Shown here in pieces: positions 7,200-11,805 of a DNA stretch of 11,805 bases (its first letter is position 1; every line of letters begins with the position of its first letter). The DNA is from Thermotogota bacterium (lineage in GTDB: Bacteria > Thermotogota > Thermotogae > Petrotogales > Kosmotogaceae), in assembly GCA_034660555.1 (NCBI GenBank), contig JAYEJL010000095.1, positions 1 through 11,805 of the forward strand, in the 5' to 3' direction. Under the pieces are notes generated by a model, which saw only the letters and a list, made by a program, of their open reading frames with translations, was not told the DNA's origin and did not search any database. A program made the translations under genes and the position numbers.

Positions 7200-7681
7200 A
7201 TATCTTTTTCGAACAGTATGAACGCCATATGCTGAATGAAATCGTTCACTTTATTCAGCAATGAAACCTCTACAAAGTTTTCACTCAACCGCTTTTTGTT
7301 AAAAACAAATCGTGGATCAAGATGTACAACAATCCTATCTCTAAAATGTTTTAAGGCTTCAATTTCATTCTTCAGTTCTTCCTCTTTTTTTCGAAGATCA
7401 TCTATTATGGGGTAAACAAATAATCTATATTCCTTCTGGGTTTTTTGTTTGATAAAGCTTCTTAATTTGGAAAATGTATAACCCGAATTTCTTAACAGTT
7501 TTACTGACCTGGTAGCTGCACTTTCATAAACAGCTTTCCACAATGTTTTTTCTTGCATTTCATTAATGGTATTAAGCAATTCTATGTGGTTTCCCAGCAA
7601 TTTAACTTCCTGAGAAAGAAAAATTTTTCTTTTTAAAAAGGTATCTAATGCTTCTTTTTTCAGACAATCCTGGATTTTCAT
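7190..7681 (-). CDS. Hypothetical helical protein, putative HEPN domain (AbiU2-like)
   Basis: 163-aa ORF with a GGAG RBS. It looks all-helical and carries LKHFRDRIVVHLD, an R-x5-H motif, in the C-terminal third. Confidence 0.65.
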   Translation of the reverse strand: MKIQDCLKKEALDTFLKRKIFLSQEVKLLGNHIELLNTINEMQEKTLWKAVYESAATRSVKLLRNSGYTFSKLRSFIKQKTQKEYRLFVYPIIDDLRKKEEELKNEIEALKHFRDRIVVHLDPRFVFNKKRLSENFVEVSLLNKVNDFIQHMAFILFEKDIKI

Positions 7682-7774
7682 AATCTAATAACTCCCGGAA
7701 AAAAGAAAATAGATTTCATTATTAGTTTAGCATCAGTTATAATCCTTAACGTAATAGAATAAAGGAGGGAGATA

Positions 7775-8446
7775 ATGAATAAACAAATTTATCCTGATCA
7801 AATTGCAGAATTGGTTGATGTTGGGGATTCGATTATGGTTGGAGGTTTTCTGGGTTGTGGAGCTCCTGAAATGCTTATAACAAAATTAATCGATGCTGGC
7901 ATTGGAGATCTTCATATGATTGCAAATGATACTGCTTTTCCTGAAAAGGGATGTGGTAGATTGATAACAAGTAAATTGGTTAAAAAACTTACCGCATCTC
8001 ATATAGGAACAAATCCTGAAACGATAAATCAAATGAATAAAAACGAATTGGAAGTGCAACTTGTTCCTCAGGGAACACTTGCTGAAAAAATAAGGGCTGC
8101 AGGAGCAGGACTTGGTGGTATTTTAACACCAACAGGAATAGGTACGGAAGTAGAAAATGGAAAAAGAAAGATCGAAATTGACGGTAAGGAGTTTCTGTTA
8201 GAAGAGGCCATTGAAGCTGATGTGGCACTGATTAAAGCCAGAGAAGCAGACAAATGGGGTAATCTTGCATATCGACTAACAGCTCGGAATTTCAATCATA
8301 TAATGGCAACTGCTGCAAAATTGGTTATCGCAGAGGTTGAAGAAATTGTTGAAGTTGGTGAACTTGAACCTGATGAGATTGTAACACCGCATATATTTGT
8401 TGATTATATTGCAAAAGCTCAAAAAGGGGAGATAATAAATGATTGA
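7775..8446 (+). CDS. atoD: Acetate/3-oxoacid CoA-transferase subunit A (AtoD/CtfA-like)
   Basis: Motifs IMVGGFLGCGAPE, ASHIGTNPET, VPQGTLAEKIRAAGAGLGGILTPTGIGT and TARNFN. RBS AAGGAGG; TATAAT at 7738-7743. Confidence 0.93.
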   Translation: MNKQIYPDQIAELVDVGDSIMVGGFLGCGAPEMLITKLIDAGIGDLHMIANDTAFPEKGCGRLITSKLVKKLTASHIGTNPETINQMNKNELEVQLVPQGTLAEKIRAAGAGLGGILTPTGIGTEVENGKRKIEIDGKEFLLEEAIEADVALIKAREADKWGNLAYRLTARNFNHIMATAAKLVIAEVEEIVEVGELEPDEIVTPHIFVDYIAKAQKGEIIND

Positions 8447-9104
8447 AGACAAAGCAAAAAAGAGAGAAATCATTGCCAAAAGAGCAGCGCTTGAATTAAA
8501 AGATGAAGATCTGGTTAACCTGGGGATCGGAATACCTACGCTAGTTGCCAATTACATTCATGAAAATATCAAAGTATTTTTTCACTCTGAAAACGGTATT
8601 GTAGGCATGGGGAGAAGCATAGACGAGAATGAAGCAGATCCCGATATGACAAATGCTGGAGGACAGCCAGTTACATATATCAAAGGTGCAGCTGCGATAG
8701 ATTCTTCTCTTTCCTTTGCCATCATACGTGGAGGACATCTTGACGTTACTATTCTTGGAGCTTTACAGGTTGATGAAAAGGGCCATCTTGCAAACTGGAA
8801 GATACCAGGTAAATTTATTCCCGGTATGGGAGGAGCGATGGATCTCGTTACCGGAGCAAAGAAAGTGATTGTTGTAACGACACACACTTCAAAGGGTAAA
8901 CCAAAGATAGTATCTGAATGCACGCTTCCTTTAACCTCAATAAGAAAGGTTGATCTTGTTGTTACCGAAATGTGTGTTATTAAACCTACTGATGAAGGGC
9001 TTGTTTTAAAGGAGCTTGCACCATCTACAACAATCAAAGAGGTAACAGAAAATACAGATGCCAAATTGATAATACCTTATGAAGTACCTGTTATGAACGT
9101 TTAA
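8439..9104 (+). CDS. atoA: Acetate/3-oxoacid CoA-transferase subunit B (AtoA/CtfB-like)
   Basis: Motifs VNLGIGIPTLVANY, SENG (catalytic Glu), IRGGHLDVTILGALQVD and GMGGAMDLV. It overlaps subunit A by 8 nt. Confidence 0.93.
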   Translation: MIEDKAKKREIIAKRAALELKDEDLVNLGIGIPTLVANYIHENIKVFFHSENGIVGMGRSIDENEADPDMTNAGGQPVTYIKGAAAIDSSLSFAIIRGGHLDVTILGALQVDEKGHLANWKIPGKFIPGMGGAMDLVTGAKKVIVVTTHTSKGKPKIVSECTLPLTSIRKVDLVVTEMCVIKPTDEGLVLKELAPSTTIKEVTENTDAKLIIPYEVPVMNV

Positions 9105-9241
9105 ATTTAATATGTCTTTAAAGCCTGCAGAAAAAGAAAGACGATTGTAAGTATTTTTTAACCTGCGGTTTTAATTGATTTATTATGAATAGGTATTTAG
9201 TTGTTTATAATATTGATGAATAAATAAAAAGGAGGTTTGAA

Positions 9242-9697
9242 ATGAGAAAACAAAGAAAAGAAGGTTTTTCACTAATAGAATTGTTGATAGTATTAACCGT
9301 TATAGCTGCTCTTATTTCAACAATAACTCCCATAGCTATGAATGCCGTTAGAAAAGCTGAAGCACTGCAGGTAGCGATGAATTTAAAAGTACTGGCTTTG
9401 AGTGTGGAAAGAAGATTAATATTGAACAAAAGTGTACCCGATAATATTAAAGAGCTGGGCAGAGACATAGATACGGAAAATTATGGAATAGCTTATTCTA
9501 AGGAAGAAGGAACCTACAAAGTCGCAGTTTTTACTACAGATGAGGTTCATTTTGATACCCTTCATGAAAATCTTATATCTGCGACAAATACAACCGATGT
9601 AATACCTGATGAAGCGGCTTATATACCCGGAGGACTTCAAGAAGACAGTATTCACAAGGCAACTGCGTTGTACTATTTTGAATTACAATTGTATTGA
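9242..9697 (+). CDS. Prepilin-type (type IV pilin / T2SS pseudopilin) N-terminal cleavage-methylation protein
   Basis: Class III signal MRKQRKEG|FSLIELLIVLTVIAALISTITP, with G-1, F+1, E+5 and P+22. RBS AAGGAGGT; TATAAT at 9206-9211. Confidence 0.9.
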   Translation: MRKQRKEGFSLIELLIVLTVIAALISTITPIAMNAVRKAEALQVAMNLKVLALSVERRLILNKSVPDNIKELGRDIDTENYGIAYSKEEGTYKVAVFTTDEVHFDTLHENLISATNTTDVIPDEAAYIPGGLQEDSIHKATALYYFELQLY

Positions 9698-9711
9698 TTT
9701 CATTATGAGGT

Positions 9712-9738
9712 AAGCAGCCCTGCTGGGCTGCTTTCTTA
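9712..9738 (+). terminator. Intrinsic terminator after the prepilin gene
   Basis: AAGCAGCCC-tgct-GGGCTGCTT followed by TCTT. Confidence 0.8.
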
Positions 9739-9913
9739 ACTTAGTTTGGGGAATTTTCTAACAGGGGTGGGGTTTACACGTTAAACCAACCATTCTTCTA
9801 ACATCTACAATCTTAACAGTCAAAAATTAAGTTTAGATTTTGATTAACGAACGTATTTGTTTACATATAAATCAAGCGGTACAGCATCAATTGAAAGATT
9901 TGGAGGAGAGAAC

Positions 9914-10132
9914 ATGTTGATAAAGCTTACAATTTCAGGCATTGACGAAGAAAGTCATAGAAACACCGTTAAAGAATTATTAGAGACTCTTCTTGATACT
10001 TCAGCAAAGTTAGAAATTTCTGGTAAGACTGCTCATTTCAATATTGAATCAATGGAGGTACTTGAAAATATCGATATTAAACTCAATGAAAGAGGTTTTA
10101 GAATATCCAACGTAACCATCAAAGAAAAATAG
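9914..10132 (+). CDS. Small (72 aa) HMA/CopZ-like ferredoxin-fold protein without cysteines
   Basis: ATG 9914 behind GGAGGAG. The pattern IKLTISGI...VKELLETL...AHFNI...IDIKLNERGFRI matches the HMA beta-alpha-beta-beta-alpha-beta layout with the terminal G[YF]. Confidence 0.65.
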   Translation: MLIKLTISGIDEESHRNTVKELLETLLDTSAKLEISGKTAHFNIESMEVLENIDIKLNERGFRISNVTIKEK

Positions 10133-10138
10133 CCAAAC

Positions 10139-10167
10139 TTGACACCCTTTGTGGGTAATGCTAAAAT
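10139..10167 (+). promoter_or_regulatory. Sigma70-type promoter of tRNA-Val
   Basis: TTGACA (10139-10144), 17 nt, TAAAAT (10162-10167), with a TG extension. Confidence 0.88.
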
Positions 10168-10181
10168 CATTTTGCCTTAAG

Positions 10182-10256
10182 GGGTGCGTAGCTCAGAGGG
10201 AGAGCGCTTCCTTCACACGGAAGAGGCCACAGGTTCGATCCCTGTCGCACCCACCA
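10182..10256 (+). tRNA. tRNA-Val (CAC)
   Basis: GGGTGCG/CGCACCC acceptor, GCTC/GAGC D stem, CTTCC-TTCACAC-GGAAG anticodon arm, ACAGG-TTCGATC-CCTGT T arm, A73 and encoded CCA. Confidence 0.97.
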
Positions 10257-10292
10257 AAAAATAGAAGCCTTTGTAGGCTTCTATTTCTTTTT
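10257..10292. terminator. Bidirectional terminator between tRNA-Val and RNase E/G
   Basis: AAATAGAAGCCT-ttgt-AGGCTTCTATTT with T-runs on both strands. It overlaps the RNase stop codon. Confidence 0.85.
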
Positions 10293-11714
10293 CTTTTTGG
10301 GCTTGTCTTTTAGGAATTTGATATCATATTCACCGGGAATCGGCCAGGTGAAGTTAACGCTAATAGTTTTTTTAAGAACTTTTGACAACTCCTTCTGTGT
10401 ATCAGGAGTTAAAACTCCGGAAAGGTTTTGATAAACATTGATCTCTGCACCGGTAATTTTTTTATCAGTTTCAAAGTTTTTTTTCAGATCACGTACTATC
10501 TTCTGATAAACAAATCTTGGTGACTCTATTCGACCGCTTCCATGACAAACAGGACATCTAGAATATAATTTTGAACCTATGGCTGCATTTGAACGTTTTC
10601 TGGTCATTTCAAGCAATCCCAGTTCGGTAAAACCCATTATCATTGATCTTGCTTTGTCGTGCATTAATTCTTTTCTAAATTTATTGATTATTTTGGTTTG
10701 ATCATCTTCAGTTTCCATATCTATGAAATCAATTACAACAATTCCACCAATATTTCTCAATTTAAGCTGTCTTGCGATTTCTGTTACTGCTTCTAGATTT
10801 GTATTGATTGATGTTTCTGAAATATCGCTTCCTGAAAGATTGCTAGCTGAATTAACATCCACAACTGTCATTGCTTCTGTATTATCAATTACAATATTTC
10901 CGCCACCTTCAAGAGGTATCTTGTTTTTATACAGAATATCCAGTTTTTCATACAATCCTGTATACTGGAAAGCATCATCTTCAACAAAACGTACAATCGG
11001 TTTATAACCTGTCTTAAATTTGCTTATACCTGCTACTACATCATGCCAGAGACCTTCACTGTCTATGATTATTTCACCTGTTGTTTCCGTGAGTCTTTCT
11101 CTTAATATGTATTCCACAAGGCTTGGTTCTTCATAAAGCAACTTCGGTTTTCTGCTTCTTTTATAGCTATTACTTACTTTTTTCCATTCTTTCCTGATAT
11201 TATCAAGTTCTTCTTTTATTGTTTCTTCTCCCACTCCAAAGGCTGCTGTTCTAAAGATAACACCTTCGTTGTCCTTAAGGTTTTCCTTTGCCAGTTTTAT
11301 GAGCCTTTCTCGTTCTGTGGTATCTGAAATTTTCCTAGATACACCAATGTGCTTTGAAAAGGGAAGATAAACGAGCGTTCTTCCTGGTATGCTTACCTTA
11401 AGTGTTACCTGTGGACCTTTACTTTCCATAGGGTCTTTCTTAACCTGTACAAGAACTTTACTATTTTTGGTTAACTTATCTTTGCCCAATGAATCCTTGA
11501 ATCGTAAAAATGCATTTTTTCCGATACCTATGTTAACAAAAGCTGCTTCAAGACTGGGCACAACGTTTTCCACACGTCCCAGATATATATTTCCAGTGTA
11601 GCTATCACTGTCCAGCTCTTCAAAGAATATTTCTTCAAGTGTATCGTTTTTGAGTAAAGCGATCCTTATCTCTTCTTCGAAATGACTAAATACGATTTTT
11701 TGCTTTCTTTCTAT
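10281..11714 (-). CDS. rng: Ribonuclease E/G family (Rng/CafA-like), about 477 aa, with a probable ATA start
   Basis: GNIYLGRVENVVPSLEAAFVNIG (S1 domain), VLVQVKKDPMESKGP, TEAMTVVDVNS, LRNIGGIVVIDFIDM, LGLLEMTRKR and CPVCHGSG (Zn link). The frame stays open and RNase E/G-like for 47 codons upstream of the ORF-track GTG at 11573. Confidence 0.93.
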   Translation of the reverse strand: MERKQKIVFSHFEEEIRIALLKNDTLEEIFFEELDSDSYTGNIYLGRVENVVPSLEAAFVNIGIGKNAFLRFKDSLGKDKLTKNSKVLVQVKKDPMESKGPQVTLKVSIPGRTLVYLPFSKHIGVSRKISDTTERERLIKLAKENLKDNEGVIFRTAAFGVGEETIKEELDNIRKEWKKVSNSYKRSRKPKLLYEEPSLVEYILRERLTETTGEIIIDSEGLWHDVVAGISKFKTGYKPIVRFVEDDAFQYTGLYEKLDILYKNKIPLEGGGNIVIDNTEAMTVVDVNSASNLSGSDISETSINTNLEAVTEIARQLKLRNIGGIVVIDFIDMETEDDQTKIINKFRKELMHDKARSMIMGFTELGLLEMTRKRSNAAIGSKLYSRCPVCHGSGRIESPRFVYQKIVRDLKKNFETDKKITGAEINVYQNLSGVLTPDTQKELSKVLKKTISVNFTWPIPGEYDIKFLKDKPKKKKK

Positions 11715-11730
11715 CTTTTTTCACCTCCAT

Positions 11731-11760
11731 GAAACAAGAGAGCCACCGCAGTGACTCTCT
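11731..11760 (-). terminator. Terminator-like hairpin between the upstream gene and rng
   Basis: Minus strand AGAGAGTCAC-tgcg-GTGGCTCTCT-TGTTT is a 10-bp stem with one G-U pair. That position is a mismatch on the plus strand. Confidence 0.7.
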
Positions 11761-11767
11761 AAGAGTT

Positions 11768-11805
11768 TTATTCTTCCATTTCAATTAATCCAAGAGAACC
11801 ATTTT
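11768..11805 (-). CDS. 3' end of an upstream gene, probably long-form ribosome hibernation promoting factor (HPF/RaiA)
   Basis: The minus strand reads ...NGSLGLIEMEE*, resembling the long-HPF C-terminal consensus (YRRKDGxYGLIE). Only 11 residues are visible. Confidence 0.5.
   Translation of the reverse strand, partial: NGSLGLIEMEE

Noticed and set aside
7017..7235. 72-aa plus-strand ORF
   Set aside because: It runs across the tRNA-Asp promoter, gene and terminator, so it is a spurious frame.
6356..7770. Integrative element or prophage at tRNA-Cys or tRNA-Asp
   Set aside because: No integrase was found, and no duplicated tRNA 3' end (att site) was seen by eye in the window.
8068..9064. Antisense ORFs opposite atoD/atoA (similar ones lie at 1606-2095, 4491-4724, 5938-6132, 6614-6874, 9205-9655 and 10723-11601)
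   Set aside because: They are shadow frames opposite well-supported genes, with no RBS and no recognisable motifs.
9105..9200. Riboswitch (for example c-di-GMP) upstream of the pilin
   Set aside because: Only a weak CTGCAG/CTGCGG pairing is present, the consensus motifs are absent, and the region lies upstream of the likely -10 element.
9857..9913. TTG-start N-terminal extension of the HMA-like ORF (likewise 215-244 for phoA)
   Set aside because: Strong SD sequences lie inside these extensions, directly before the downstream ATGs at 9914 and 245.
10182..10256. tRNA-Val with a CAC anticodon as an anomaly
   Set aside because: It is absent from some bacteria but is a normal isoacceptor in others, and the structure is canonical.
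1..11805. CRISPR array or long tandem repeats
   Set aside because: No regularly spaced repeats were seen. The periodicity at 5780-6250 is coiled-coil coding sequence.

Overview
AT-rich bacterial chromosomal segment, most likely from Thermotogota (inferred from an Omp-alpha-like SLH/coiled-coil toga protein, GGAGGTGA-type RBSs and a Thermotoga-type alkaline phosphatase). It is mostly housekeeping, in this order: secreted alkaline phosphatase; a secreted M1/gluzincin peptidase with a long beta-rich C-terminal extension, coupled to isoaspartyl dipeptidase iadA; an SLH-coiled-coil envelope protein; a THEP1-type NTPase; divergent tRNA-Cys(GCA) and tRNA-Asp(GTC); an orphan HEPN-like (R-x5-H) gene converging on tRNA-Asp; 3-oxoacid CoA-transferase subunits A and B; an orphan prepilin; a small HMA-fold protein; tRNA-Val(CAC); RNase E/G; and the probable 3' end of a long HPF gene. 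No CRISPR array, integrase or transposase was seen. The most notable observations are: (1) RNase E/G appears to start at a non-canonical ATA codon 47 codons upstream of the ORF-track start; (2) a stand-alone putative HEPN RNase next to a tRNA; (3) an M1 peptidase lacking the exopeptidase Glu and fused to a possible outer-membrane barrel; (4) a cysteine-free HMA-like protein; (5) a hairpin at the left edge that may be an RBS-flanking leader, an antisense sRNA, or both. All assignments come from motif recognition by eye, not from database searches.
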